Positions 9,929 through 19,639 of a stretch of DNA of 37,470 nucleotides are shown piece after piece. Under the pieces are notes generated by a model. The model was not told the origin of the DNA and searched no databases. It saw only the letters and a list, made by a program, of their open reading frames with translations. Every line of letters begins with the position of its first letter. Within the stretch, counting starts at the first letter, position 1. The translations under genes and the position numbers were made by a program. Source of the stretch: a virus (taxonomy: Duplodnaviria; Caudoviricetes). The stretch spans positions 1 to 37,470 of the IMG/VR virus record IMGVR_UViG_3300048853_000030. One strand, given 5' to 3'.

Positions 9929-10666
9929 CTATGCGGCAGCGAAGGTGACGGTGCCGCCGGTGCCGGTTGCCGAGGTGGTGGTGGGGATCGGCGCGAGGGT
10001 GATCGAGAAGTCCGGTGCGGCACCGGTGACGGTCGCCAGATCGACGGTCGACAGAGCTTCGAGAGCGGTCTTGATCGCAGCAGCGTTCGAGCTGACCGGA
10101 ATGGACGAGGTCGCCTGGCCATCCACGGTCAGAACCGATGCAGTTGTTCCGAAGCCGTAGTGCAGGGCCAGGTTCGCGCCGGGCTTGGTGATCGACTTGG
10201 GCTTGCCGCGACCGGTCAGGTTGCCCGAGAACTTCTGCAGTTCGTTCGGCTTGCCGCCCTTGAGGGAGGCCTTGACTGCGGCGTGCAACTCGAACGCCTC
10301 GTCGAGTTCGTCTGTCCGCCAGTAGCGCAGGTGCACGTGGGCATCCGAGCCGGTCTCTTGCGAGGCGGCGACGAGGAACTGCATACCGGGGTCGGCGGTG
10401 AAGGTCGAGCCCTCGTCGACGCCCTTGACCAGGCCCTCGAAGTCGATGGAGAAGGCGTTGCCGGCGACGGCCTGCGACTCCCACCCGTCGGAGGTGATGT
10501 CGGAGTCGTCTTCGAGTTTGGGGTCGAACTTCGGCTCGAAGTTGGTCAGGCCGTTGACGAAAACCCAGATGGGTGCGACCGCTGTGCCGATGTTGACCTG
10601 CACCCCATACCGGCCGGCTGGGATGACTGCGAGGCCCGAACCATCGGGCGGGGTGAGTGTAGGCAT
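9929..10666 (-). CDS. Major tail (tube) protein
   Basis: 245 aa; DITSDGWESQ motif; after tail terminator; Thr/Ala-rich C-terminal extension. Confidence 0.88.
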   Translation of the reverse strand: MPTLTPPDGSGLAVIPAGRYGVQVNIGTAVAPIWVFVNGLTNFEPKFDPKLEDDSDITSDGWESQAVAGNAFSIDFEGLVKGVDEGSTFTADPGMQFLVAASQETGSDAHVHLRYWRTDELDEAFELHAAVKASLKGGKPNELQKFSGNLTGRGKPKSITKPGANLALHYGFGTTASVLTVDGQATSSIPVSSNAAAIKTALEALSTVDLATVTGAAPDFSITLAPIPTTTSATGTGGTVTFAAA

Positions 10667-10669
10667 TTT

Positions 10670-11116
10670 CTATTCTCCTGGGTTGAGCTGGATGTCGTAT
10701 GAATCCGCTTGAATCCACCGATCGCTGTCGTCTCGATCGGGTTTGTTCGTGATGGTGCGCAGCATCCAAATCGGATGAACGCCACCCGGCCACGGACCGG
10801 GAGTCAGGGTGTGCAACTTCCGAAATCCGTTCTCAGACATGTTCATCACGTCGAGCGGGTCGGTTGAGTCCGATCGCCACGCCAGTTGCACGCGCAGCAA
10901 GGGGGTTGTTGCGACAGTGAAGATGTTCGGGTTGGTGCCGTAGTGGAAGATCCCGACCGCCCGGATCGGGGACTGGGGGAAGTCGCCAATAACAGCGGCC
11001 GGAAGCTCTGGGTCCGACGGGTAGGGGACGGTCGGGTCGGATTCGTAGATCGCGACGTCGAGGTCCGCCATGTGCTGGGCCAGCGACTGCAGCACGTCGG
11101 AGACTCGGATGGTCAT
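10670..11116 (-). CDS. Tail terminator / minor capsid-3-like protein
   Basis: 148 aa upstream of major tail; DRDDSDRW...DSYDI C-terminal motif. Confidence 0.7.
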   Translation of the reverse strand: MTIRVSDVLQSLAQHMADLDVAIYESDPTVPYPSDPELPAAVIGDFPQSPIRAVGIFHYGTNPNIFTVATTPLLRVQLAWRSDSTDPLDVMNMSENGFRKLHTLTPGPWPGGVHPIWMLRTITNKPDRDDSDRWIQADSYDIQLNPGE

Positions 11117-11451
11117 CCGCCGAGCGCCTCACCGATCGATGTCGACAGCACGTCGAGCGCGGCGTCAGCCTTGTTGGTCAGGGCATTCTCGAGGAACTTC
11201 GGCTTGTCACCCTGCGGGTGCTGGTACCAGGTGTTCTCGTGTTGCTTGCGGGCGTACTCGCTGTCGTATCCAATGCCGACCTCGGTACCGTCCACGACCA
11301 CAGATCCGGTGCTGTCGAGGTCGCCGGCCAGGGTGGGGGAGTCGAGGTTCGATTCGGTGAGGATCAGATCTCCGGCCGCCTGGAGGCCTTCCGCGATACC
11401 CGCCTCAAGGGCCGCGAGTAGTTCGTCGCTGCGATCCTCGACGTCAGCCAT
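11113..11451 (-). CDS. HK97 gp10-like neck/tail completion protein
   Basis: P-x-x-x-G-x-L-x-x-T, YARKQHE and KFLE motifs. Confidence 0.75.
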   Translation of the reverse strand: MADVEDRSDELLAALEAGIAEGLQAAGDLILTESNLDSPTLAGDLDSTGSVVVDGTEVGIGYDSEYARKQHENTWYQHPQGDKPKFLENALTNKADAALDVLSTSIGEALGG

Positions 11452-11454
11452 GAA

Positions 11455-11739
11455 TCAGCCGATCTCCGGTTCAGGCTTCTCCATGTCCTCCGGCGCAACC
11501 TTCTCGCCGATCTCGAAGTCGCGCTTCGGCTTACCCTTTGGGTTCGCCAGTTCCGTCATGGCCGAGGCGGACCCTTCGGCAGAATCGTCGTCGGCGACGT
11601 GCCAGCCTCGCGCGGCGAGGATTGCCAGCTTCGAGGCCGAAAGGTCTTCGACCTCGGCGACTCCCGACTTGAACTCGAACCGCGTGGTGGCGGCGACGAC
11701 CGATCCGGTGAACGTCGGGTTCTTGTGGTGCACGCGCAT
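11455..11739 (-). CDS. Hypothetical protein in the head-tail module
   Basis: 94 aa with RBS AAGGAG; follows a structured intergenic gap. Confidence 0.7.
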   Translation of the reverse strand: MRVHHKNPTFTGSVVAATTRFEFKSGVAEVEDLSASKLAILAARGWHVADDDSAEGSASAMTELANPKGKPKRDFEIGEKVAPEDMEKPEPEIG

Positions 11740-11845
11740 GACAACTCCTTGGAGGGAAAGAGAGTGGTGGGCCAGCTGACCCCAGGCGGGAGGCCCACCG
11801 CAGCGGGGGCGCGGCGGTCACCGGGGGTCAGCTGACGTGTGGGGG

Positions 11846-12151
11846 TTAGACGTGGACCGTGATGAGTTCGGTGCGACGTCGGCCCGCATTGTCGTGGCGG
11901 GCGATCACCTGGCGCTTGACGCCGTCAGGCAACGTCACCTCGTCGCCCAGCGCGGGCGCGAGGATGGGCTGAAAGTAGATGGTCGCGCTGGACACGACCT
12001 CTTTGCCTTGCTGGTCGCGGACCAGTTTGACCTGCATTTCGACTCGGGCCGGAACGTCCGGCACGGGTTCGCCGTAGACCTTGCCGCGGTTTCCGTCTCC
12101 GCGATACGGACGGAATGACAGGCGGTGCGGTAGCCGGGACAGCGGGATCAT
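11846..12151 (-). CDS. Head-to-tail stopper (head closure)
   Basis: Start re-called at the TGATG overlap (MIPLSRLPH..., 101 aa); VRDQQGKEVVSS motif. Confidence 0.75.
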   Translation of the reverse strand: MIPLSRLPHRLSFRPYRGDGNRGKVYGEPVPDVPARVEMQVKLVRDQQGKEVVSSATIYFQPILAPALGDEVTLPDGVKRQVIARHDNAGRRRTELITVHV

Positions 12152-12546
12152 CAGTAGTCGTTGTCCTGGAAGTGGTACTGCGGCAGAGCTTTCGTGCGGA
12201 TGCCGAGTAGCGACCAATGCCAGTCGGTGAACTCGAGTGTGCCGCCCGGGTTGACCAAGCTGCCGCCTTCTTCCCAGTCGCCGACGACGGTCTTGAACGA
12301 TTTGAAGTTCAGCATCCCGCGGTCTTCGGCGTCGAGGACTTCCTTAACCACCGCGATCGAGATGGTCCTGGCGCCGGGGTGGCTCTCGTCGATCTCGGTC
12401 CCGAACGCTTCGCGCCAACGGTCCCGGATTCGTGTGGCTGCCGCGGCGAGGAGTTGGTCGGCCCACACCGCTTCGGTGTCAGAGAGGGGACGCCACGCTG
12501 ACGCGAGTTCTTCCTTCGTCGCGAACGCCCCCTCTCCGGCACTCAC
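12151..12546 (-). CDS. Head-to-tail adaptor
   Basis: Start re-called at the GTGA overlap; FATKEELASAWRPLS...LLAAAATRIR and NPGGTLEFT motifs. Confidence 0.8.
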   Translation of the reverse strand: MSAGEGAFATKEELASAWRPLSDTEAVWADQLLAAAATRIRDRWREAFGTEIDESHPGARTISIAVVKEVLDAEDRGMLNFKSFKTVVGDWEEGGSLVNPGGTLEFTDWHWSLLGIRTKALPQYHFQDNDY

Positions 12547-12929
12547 GAGAACAGTTCGATGAGTTGCTGCTTGGTCGCCTGTTCGGCGTCCTCGCGATTG
12601 AGACCGGCCTTGCCCTCGGACTTCTCGAACAGTGCCACCGCGTAGTCCTCCCACGCCTTGGCGGTCCCGGCCTTCTTCGGCAGTTCAAGACCGAACGAGT
12701 CGACGTCGCCACTCGGCGGGTTCTGCGGCTCGAGGTCGGGGGCCTCGGAGTCTGCCGATGTATCAACGGGAGCGATCGCGCCAGCCTTGGTCAGGCGGGC
12801 CACCTCGCTGTCGTCGAGACCGGTGAGAACTGCGCCTCGGCGATGCTTGATCACCTTGATGGGGCGGCCCTTCTCGTTGCGCTCCAGGACCTCGTCGAAC
12901 CGCGTTGCGGTCAGGATGTAGTCGGTCAT
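12543..12929 (-). CDS. Hypothetical virion-module protein
   Basis: Start at the ATGA overlap with the capsid stop (MTDYILTATRF..., 128 aa); C-terminal PKKAGTAKAWEDYA...TKQQLIE helical motif. Confidence 0.75.
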   Translation of the reverse strand: MTDYILTATRFDEVLERNEKGRPIKVIKHRRGAVLTGLDDSEVARLTKAGAIAPVDTSADSEAPDLEPQNPPSGDVDSFGLELPKKAGTAKAWEDYAVALFEKSEGKAGLNREDAEQATKQQLIELFS

Positions 12930-13867
12930 GGGGTCACCAGCCCTGTCAGCCAGAGGCCCGCCTTCGGCTGGTCGAGGCCGATGCTGCGTTCCTGGGTGGC
13001 ATCCGAACGCCACGTCTCGCGGGGTCCGCCGTTGGGGCCGTTGCCCTCCGGGTAGAGCTCGGTGAACTGCAGCGGCCGTGCGTCGCCGTAGAAGCCGATG
13101 GTCCCGCGCTCGAGGACGAGTGCCTTGTCGATCGGGAAGGCCCGCGACTGAATGACGCTGAGCCCGTAGATCTGACCGGGCAGGGCGCCGGTGTAGGCGA
13201 TGTTCTGATCGGCGATGTTGCCCTGGTAGACCTTCAGGATCTCATCGTTGTCCATCAGAGTCGCGAGCAGGCCGGGATGCAAGACGATCGTGTTCGGCTC
13301 GAAACCATAGTGCTCGTCGACCGACCCGCCGTCGGCCTCCGACGGTGCGGCGGTGCTGATCTCTTCGATCGCCTTGACGATGTCGGTGCGGGGATTTCCG
13401 CCGTTGTCCCAGGCCGTACCGGCAGGCATGGTCGGGACGGCGGGCGACTGCAGCACGAGACGTGCTGCACGGTCGTTGGCGCGGATGAAGGTGTTCTTCA
13501 GCGCGGTGATCTGGCGGTTCACCTCACCGACCTGGTTCTTGCGGATCATGTCGTAGGTGACACGAATGCCCTTGCCGCGCTTGTTGCCGAACGCGATCTT
13601 GGGGATTCCGCGAGCAGCGGCGCTGATCGGGATCTCGTCGAACTCAGCGAGGTCGTCGATGTCGTCGACCAGGAAAGACGAGTCGCCTTCGTGGTAGGCG
13701 AAAATGCCGGTCGGGTTCGCGCCGGCGTTGCGGAACAGGCCCTCGGCGATGAACTGGTTGACCAAGAGCTCTTTGAGCTTCGTGGGTATGAACAGTGGGT
13801 TGGCGACGAAGTCGGAAACCGTGATCGCGCCTCCGTCGTTCACACTCACTACGGTGCGTTGTGGCAT
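12926..13867 (-). CDS. Major capsid protein
   Basis: 313 aa after decoration protein; AEFDEIP motif and DQPKAGLWLTGL C-terminus typical of actinophage HK97-fold capsids. Confidence 0.9.
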   Translation of the reverse strand: MPQRTVVSVNDGGAITVSDFVANPLFIPTKLKELLVNQFIAEGLFRNAGANPTGIFAYHEGDSSFLVDDIDDLAEFDEIPISAAARGIPKIAFGNKRGKGIRVTYDMIRKNQVGEVNRQITALKNTFIRANDRAARLVLQSPAVPTMPAGTAWDNGGNPRTDIVKAIEEISTAAPSEADGGSVDEHYGFEPNTIVLHPGLLATLMDNDEILKVYQGNIADQNIAYTGALPGQIYGLSVIQSRAFPIDKALVLERGTIGFYGDARPLQFTELYPEGNGPNGGPRETWRSDATQERSIGLDQPKAGLWLTGLVTP

Positions 13868-13895
13868 GGGTCAAAACTCCTTGTGTGAGTGGATC

Positions 13896-14336
13896 TCAGG
13901 CGATCCGGATCAGGCCGACGGCGTTCGCCGCGACTCCAGCGGGTTCGGTGCAGATACCGACGATGGTGCGGGCGTCGGGTGTCGCGCCGGCGGGCGCCAC
14001 CTTGCCGTTCGCGGTGGCGACCAGCTTGTCGCCGAACGCCGCGGCGCCGGAGTACGTCACCTTCACCTCGGTGCCGGCGTAAGCAACCGAGACCCGTGTG
14101 GGGATCTGGATCGCATTGACGACTGGGCGGCCGATCGAATCGGTCGTCACCCCGCCTTGTGCGGTGTCGGGGCTCTGGCCGTCGGTGATTGCGACGCCGA
14201 GAACCTTGAGGCTGCCTGCGGCGGCAACTCCGATGCGTCCTGCGGCGCGCGCCTCGACGAGCTGCCCACCGAGAATGACCTCGGTGGGCGTGAATGCCTT
14301 TGGCCCGCCCTGGGTTACCTGTACTGCTCCGGCCAT
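13896..14336 (-). CDS. Capsid decoration/cement protein (DUF2190-like)
   Basis: Ala/Gly-rich 146 aa between protease and capsid; FGDKLVATANGKV motif. Confidence 0.7.
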   Translation of the reverse strand: MAGAVQVTQGGPKAFTPTEVILGGQLVEARAAGRIGVAAAGSLKVLGVAITDGQSPDTAQGGVTTDSIGRPVVNAIQIPTRVSVAYAGTEVKVTYSGAAAFGDKLVATANGKVAPAGATPDARTIVGICTEPAGVAANAVGLIRIA

Positions 14337-14337
14337 G

Positions 14338-15699
14338 TCAGAAGCTCCAGTTCTTGTATGCGGCGTTCGTCTCGACGCCGTCGTCGGTAGGTTCGGTGGC
14401 GTGGCCCATCTCGGCCATCGGGATGAGGCCCTTCTCCAGGGAGTTCAGGGTCTCGGTGGCACCTTGGCGGTCAGCCTTCAACGAGGCGAGCCAGTGCTTT
14501 TTGCGAGCCGGCGGGATCTTGCCGTCATTGATCGCGGCGGAAACGAGTGCTTCGTCGGCGTCGGCGATCTGTTGGGCGCGGGCCTGCTGACCTTCTGCGG
14601 CTGCAGCAACGGTCTGTTCCCACTGGGCGCGGTCGACGGTAACGACCTCGGTGCGCGTGCTGGCTGCCTGTAGCTCAGCAGCCGGGGTATCGGTGCTGGT
14701 CGTGTCACCGGCAGGTGCGTCGGTGTCGGTGGCGCCGGTCGTGTCGCCCGTGAGCGCATCGATGGCGGCGAGGGTGGTCTCGTCATCTGCATCGGCCGGG
14801 ATGCCGAGGCGCTGCGCGAGGCCTTCTTTCAGGGTGGGCATGGCGCCCTCCTTCTCTTTGGCCTCCGCCTCGGCGGCGGAGGGGGGCTTGGTGCCGGGCC
14901 GGGCCTCAGCGCGGGATGCGAACGCCACCATGGGCTTTTCGGCCTTCGCGCGAGCGGCGACGTACTCGACCTTTACGACCTGGCCGTCACCGAACTCGAC
15001 GTCACCCTCACCGCTGACGGTGTACGGGATACGTTCGATCGAGTCGTCGGCGTCGTTCTGGACGATGAGCTCAGGTGGGTCGACGTACATTTCGCGGATC
15101 CACAGATGCCAATCAGTGCCGGGCCCGTTGTAGTAGGCCTTGCGCACCTGGTCGACGGACGTGGATGCCAGTTCGGCTTTCGCCATGAGGGTCTCCTCTG
15201 TCTGGGGCGCCTTCGCGAAGAGGTCGTAAAGGCTTTCGAGCGTTCCGATTCCGGGCCGCACTACGCCCAGGAGCGCGACGGCGTGGACCACGAAGGGGTG
15301 GGTGTGGCCGAGCTGGCAGACGTAGTTGTGCTCAAACTCGCCGGAGAGGTTGGGGTAGGCCGACGCGATGACCGATCGACCTTCGTCGTCCTGCTCGGCG
15401 AGCCATGCGGGGATGCCGACGTAGTCACCGATCAGGGTCTGACCGTTGTCATCGAGCCGCATGTTGTCGACCAGCCCGATCGACGGGTCACCCTCGCCAG
15501 GCTCACCGGTGTGGCCAAACTTGAGGCACGGCCGGCGAACTGCCGGGCACGAGTCAACTGCGGCGACGGCCGCTGCCAGGTCTTCGGCGCTCGGATGCCA
15601 GTCGGTGGCGTTGCTGATGTTCCAGTAGCCGACCGACGCGATCTCGACGCCCTTGACGGTTGCCAGGACCGGCGTGTTCTGGACCTGCGGGGCGGTCAA
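14338..15699 (-). CDS. Capsid maturation protease/scaffold (Mu gpI-like)
   Basis: LKFGH, AYPNLSGE and VALLGVVRPG motifs; C-terminal AINDGKIPPARKKHW scaffold. Confidence 0.8.
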   Translation of the reverse strand: MTAPQVQNTPVLATVKGVEIASVGYWNISNATDWHPSAEDLAAAVAAVDSCPAVRRPCLKFGHTGEPGEGDPSIGLVDNMRLDDNGQTLIGDYVGIPAWLAEQDDEGRSVIASAYPNLSGEFEHNYVCQLGHTHPFVVHAVALLGVVRPGIGTLESLYDLFAKAPQTEETLMAKAELASTSVDQVRKAYYNGPGTDWHLWIREMYVDPPELIVQNDADDSIERIPYTVSGEGDVEFGDGQVVKVEYVAARAKAEKPMVAFASRAEARPGTKPPSAAEAEAKEKEGAMPTLKEGLAQRLGIPADADDETTLAAIDALTGDTTGATDTDAPAGDTTSTDTPAAELQAASTRTEVVTVDRAQWEQTVAAAAEGQQARAQQIADADEALVSAAINDGKIPPARKKHWLASLKADRQGATETLNSLEKGLIPMAEMGHATEPTDDGVETNAAYKNWSF

Positions 15700-17036
15700 A
15701 ACAGCGTCCCTTGTCTCCGCGTCGCAGGCGTCATCCTGATGCCCACCTGTGCCGGCTCGATCGGCTTGTCCGACGAAGGCTCCGGGTCGTCCGCAGCCTT
15801 CTTGAAGGGGTAGCCAAGCTGTTGGCGGACCGTCTGCTCGAGGTAAATGTCGGGGGATAGGAGCCCAGCGTCGACGAGCATCTTTAGCCCAGCCGCAGTC
15901 GTCTCCTGACGAGAGCCGATCTCGTCAAACACGATCCGCGGCGCGTTCACGTCAGGCCCAAAATTGAGGTCGACGAGATCCTCGACGATGTGAGCCGTGC
16001 CGATGTTGGCAATTGCCTCACCGACAGACTGGGTCGACTGCGTGAACGTGGACTCTTGGACGGTGGCGAGTGCATGGCTTCCGCCCCTGCTGTCCAGGTT
16101 CAGGAAGTGCGCCAGCCCGGCGAGGGCGATCTGTTTGTCGTGGTACTCGATTGCGGCGCGAATGTCCGGCAGGTTGCCCTGCACGCCTTTCAGCTCGAGC
16201 GTCTGCCCATTGGCCAGGCCGACGCCGGAGTTCATGCCGGCGCGGGTGCTCGACGCCAGCTTCTGCATCTCCCTGACCTCTTCGGGATCATCGGGGTTTG
16301 CAGCGGTGCCGACGGCCAAGCCGATGGCATTGCGGCGAGCGCCGGCCGCCTCGATGCGCATCAACTCGTCCTTCAGGAGCCAGTGCTTGTAGGACGGCCG
16401 GAGTAGCGACTTACCAACCCACTGCCCGGGTTCCATGTCGCGCGCATAAACGACCAGGCGGTTGATCGGGATCGACAGCGGCTTCGGTCCGTAGACGACC
16501 TTGGCCGTCGAGGCTGGTGCCATCTGCTCGATCGAGATCAGCCCACCGTCGAGGGCGACATTCCACTTCGAGATTGTGCGCTGCGGCCGCGGGGCCAGCT
16601 TGCGGATCCACAGACGGCCGTCGTCACCCAAGTAGTAGACCTGCTCAAACACGGCGTGGCCGTAAGGCAGCATCGAGAGTGCCTGGGGCAGATGACTTGC
16701 CCACGTGAACCGACCGCGAGACCGAGGGAGGGAGGCGCTCGGGTCTTGGCCCTGGATGGGCAGCGCGAGGTTGTTGGCCACGAACTCGACCACCTCGTCG
16801 GGTGCTCCATTCGGGGCCACCCGCCACGGCGTGCGCTGGATCGGCAAGCCAATGGCCTGCAAGACGCTCGATACACGGCCGTCTTCGCGCTCCATCCGCG
16901 CAAACACCTTCACGCTGGCGGGCCACTGTAGTTCCGGGACCTGTTCGAAGGGGTCCCACTGCGCCCAGCCGTCCGAGACGGTGCCTGTGACGTAGCCGGT
17001 CTCGTAGGTCGGAGATGCGGTCTTCGTTTCAGCCAT
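15696..17036 (-). CDS. Portal protein (DUF935/Mu gp29-like)
   Basis: GHAVFEQVY, GKSLLRPSYKHW and GGSHALA motifs; follows TerL. Confidence 0.88.
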   Translation of the reverse strand: MAETKTASPTYETGYVTGTVSDGWAQWDPFEQVPELQWPASVKVFARMEREDGRVSSVLQAIGLPIQRTPWRVAPNGAPDEVVEFVANNLALPIQGQDPSASLPRSRGRFTWASHLPQALSMLPYGHAVFEQVYYLGDDGRLWIRKLAPRPQRTISKWNVALDGGLISIEQMAPASTAKVVYGPKPLSIPINRLVVYARDMEPGQWVGKSLLRPSYKHWLLKDELMRIEAAGARRNAIGLAVGTAANPDDPEEVREMQKLASSTRAGMNSGVGLANGQTLELKGVQGNLPDIRAAIEYHDKQIALAGLAHFLNLDSRGGSHALATVQESTFTQSTQSVGEAIANIGTAHIVEDLVDLNFGPDVNAPRIVFDEIGSRQETTAAGLKMLVDAGLLSPDIYLEQTVRQQLGYPFKKAADDPEPSSDKPIEPAQVGIRMTPATRRQGTLF

Positions 17037-17054
17037 CAGGCACCTCCCATCGGA

Positions 17055-18563
17055 CTAGAACGCAGCCTCGAAAACGTCGAAGCTGTCGGTTGAATCGGGC
17101 TCCGAGGACTCGGAGAATGCGGGTGATGCGACTGGGCCTTGCTTCGGGCCGATCCCGAACGTCAGTAGCCCCCAACGGGCCAGGCTCATGGTGGTCAGCG
17201 GGACTGCTTCGGGGCCAACCTTCTTGTCCCAGGCGAAGTCGCCTTGCGGCATGTACCGCTTCTCAGCCGTCCGGAGCGCGTCGACAATGCACTCTTGGCC
17301 GGTGTGCGACAGCTGCTCGGCTTCCGCATCGTCCTCGAATCCCAGGCAGGCCGAAGCCATCTGGGGCGCGTTGGTGATCTCTGGCTCGATGCCCTGGTTG
17401 ATCAGCAACTGCTGCAGGACATTCGCACCAGACTTGCGGTCGATGACGAGGACGATCGGGTCCCATGCGGCCACCACTTGGACGATCATCGCGACCATCG
17501 CGTCGAGGGTGGCTCGGCCGAAGTACCCGATCTCGACATGCGTTCGACCTTCGGTCGTTGCTTGCGCCGAGCCGAGCGCCCAGGTCGACCCGTCGAGCGA
17601 CCGGTCCACAGCCAGTGCGATGGATCCCGTGAGCTTGGGCTCCAGATTGACCAGGTCGCCGAATCTGTCGAGGTCGAACACCACCTCGTCGGCGGCCTCT
17701 TCCACCCAGATGCCCAAGCCCTCGCGCAGAAACGATTCCGGACTGAGCTTGCGTTTCAGCCGGAGCATCGACTCACGCGGTGTGCGATGCGGAAACGACG
17801 GGTTCGCCGCTTTCCAGGTCTCAGGAGAGTCTGGATTCACCCCGGGCTCGACGCCGAACTCGATCCACACACCGTCGGTGAGAGCTCCCGCCCACGCCGC
17901 GGTCCGCATCCGCGTGAACGCCTCGGATGGATCGTCAGGCTTCGGCGGGGTACCGATGTAGAACGCCAGGCCGAACTTCGACGTGTTCATCGTCGCCGTC
18001 ATCGCGTCAACCGCGTTCTCGGACATGATCTGCGCTTCGTCAGCGACGATGATGTCGACGCCCGGGATGCCGCGACCGAAACCCCGCTCACGCGCGCCGA
18101 ACAAGATTCGCGACCCGTTGCGGAACCGAATCTCCTCGGTGCCCGATCCGGTGAACGTCTGCTCGATGTACGGCGCCACTCGCAACCGCTCAGCGAACGC
18201 CAGCATCGACAGGAAAGTCTCGCCGTGCGTCCGTGCGTGATGCGCCGACCAGACCGTCAATGTGCCAGGACGATTGATGCTGAGTCCGAAGATCAGCCCC
18301 GTCATCCAGTGCGTCTTGCCCGCCTGCCGACAGATCGACATACCGACACCGTCGATCGTCGCCGCCATCGTCCCGTCAGCGCGCTTTGCGAGCGCGAGAC
18401 GGCCGGCCTGGTTCTGCCACAGGTCGAAGGTGAGACCGAGTTTCGTCCGGCAGGTGTGTTCCACCGCCGGCCACATCGTCGACACGATCCCCGTGGGCGC
18501 GGCGACCTTTCGGGCTACCTCAGAGAGCTTCGGCGTCCCAGGCTTCGTCTTCGACGACGACAC
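17055..18563 (-). CDS. terL: Terminase large subunit
   Basis: Walker A RQAGKT, Walker B IIVADEAQ, GTPP coupling motif, ANPS, nuclease AVD. Confidence 0.93.
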   Translation of the reverse strand: MSSSKTKPGTPKLSEVARKVAAPTGIVSTMWPAVEHTCRTKLGLTFDLWQNQAGRLALAKRADGTMAATIDGVGMSICRQAGKTHWMTGLIFGLSINRPGTLTVWSAHHARTHGETFLSMLAFAERLRVAPYIEQTFTGSGTEEIRFRNGSRILFGARERGFGRGIPGVDIIVADEAQIMSENAVDAMTATMNTSKFGLAFYIGTPPKPDDPSEAFTRMRTAAWAGALTDGVWIEFGVEPGVNPDSPETWKAANPSFPHRTPRESMLRLKRKLSPESFLREGLGIWVEEAADEVVFDLDRFGDLVNLEPKLTGSIALAVDRSLDGSTWALGSAQATTEGRTHVEIGYFGRATLDAMVAMIVQVVAAWDPIVLVIDRKSGANVLQQLLINQGIEPEITNAPQMASACLGFEDDAEAEQLSHTGQECIVDALRTAEKRYMPQGDFAWDKKVGPEAVPLTTMSLARWGLLTFGIGPKQGPVASPAFSESSEPDSTDSFDVFEAAF

Positions 18564-18831
18564 CCTCGGCGTCCTCCTCGGCCGCCTGAGCCTGCTTCGC
18601 CTCCAGCGCCTGGATCTCTTTCGAGATCATCGCCAACTGTCGATGCAGCGCAGCCTTCGCAGGTCCACGCTCGTCGGGAAGCGAGGTCACGATCTCCCGG
18701 CGCTGAGCACGAAGAATCTCCAGGTAGTCGCCCTTTTCAACCGCCTGGGACAACGTCAACGGCACGGGGGGAGGCGGCGGAGGGGCCTCGTCAGGGGCCA
18801 CACCGCGGAGGTGGGAGCGGTTCGTTGCCAC
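18520..18831 (-). CDS. terS: Terminase small subunit
   Basis: 103 aa overlapping the TerL start; ALHRQLAMISKEIQAL coiled motif and acidic tail. Confidence 0.8.
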   Translation of the reverse strand: MATNRSHLRGVAPDEAPPPPPPVPLTLSQAVEKGDYLEILRAQRREIVTSLPDERGPAKAALHRQLAMISKEIQALEAKQAQAAEEDAEGVVVEDEAWDAEAL

Positions 18832-18839
18832 GGCGCCCC

Positions 18840-18938
18840 CCTTCGGAAACGAAAAAAATGCGATAGATAGATCAGCTGACTGCCCCGTAGGGAGTCAGGC
18901 CCCCCACCCCCTCGGATATTTTTCGGGGGTGGGGTGGG
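18840..18938. promoter_or_regulatory. Candidate packaging-initiation (cos-like) region
   Basis: Non-coding gap between HNH and terS with inverted repeats CCCCACCCCC/GGGGGTGGGG (18902-18934) and CTGACT/AGTCAG (18876-18898) plus A/T tracts. Confidence 0.55.
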
Positions 18939-19304
18939 TCAGACGGTGGACCACGGCCAGTTCATGGCTGTGTGCCCCACCAGGCGGCCCGCAGGCGTCT
19001 TGGTGGGGGTGGTTGGGCTATCGCCGGTGATGGCTGGTCGTAGGTGGTCTCGGCTGCCGTCGCCGCGCTGTTTGTTGCAGCGGCCGTGGAGGAGTCGGTC
19101 GGCTTTGGTGCCGCCTGTGGCGCGTGTGTGGGTGTGGTCGGCTGCGAGTACCTCGCCGTCCCAATTGCGTTCGGCCTCGAGGTACATCGGCCGGTTGCAC
19201 CACCAGCACGGTGTGCCGTCAACGTGCCCTCGCTTGAGTCTGGCTGCCTGGCGTTGGTGGTCGTAGCCAAGACCCTTCTGGGTTGTGGTCTTGGTGCTGG
19301 CCAT
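18939..19304 (-). CDS. HNH endonuclease (packaging-associated)
   Basis: CWWC...ADH...LLHGRCN; immediately upstream of terS. Confidence 0.88.
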   Translation of the reverse strand: MASTKTTTQKGLGYDHQRQAARLKRGHVDGTPCWWCNRPMYLEAERNWDGEVLAADHTHTRATGGTKADRLLHGRCNKQRGDGSRDHLRPAITGDSPTTPTKTPAGRLVGHTAMNWPWSTV

Positions 19305-19639
19305 CAGCCCGTGATGGTGCTCGGATCGACACCACGCGATCGCAGGGCTCGAGCCACCTGGCCGTTGGGGTCTGGCTGCCAGTGTTCCCCCATCACGCGG
19401 GTGAAGTGTGTCCGTGCTTCGTCGATGGTGGTCTCCATCACCGCGGTGTTGCCAACGCGGTTGAGCCGCTGCACCTTTTCGATCCGGGGGAGGACGTGGC
19501 GTCGGAGTGCGGCGATCTGGCTGGCGTCAGCTGACCCCTCACCAACGGCAGCGCTGATGCCCGCGATGAGCAGGCCCCACTGGTGTTGTGGGTCGGCAGC
19601 GGGGATGGTCACCCGCGTCGTCCTGGTCTGGCTGTCCAT
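19304..19639 (-). CDS. Hypothetical protein
   Basis: 111 aa; TGATG overlap with the HNH start. Confidence 0.65.
   Translation of the reverse strand: MDSQTRTTRVTIPAADPQHQWGLLIAGISAAVGEGSADASQIAALRRHVLPRIEKVQRLNRVGNTAVMETTIDEARTHFTRVMGEHWQPDPNGQVARALRSRGVDPSTITG

Noticed and set aside
17244-18866. 540-aa + strand ORF and many other long antisense ORFs (67-780, 12905-13888, 31901-32740 and others)
   Set aside because: Shadow frames of high-GC genes; no recognisable motifs, and they overlap well-supported phage genes
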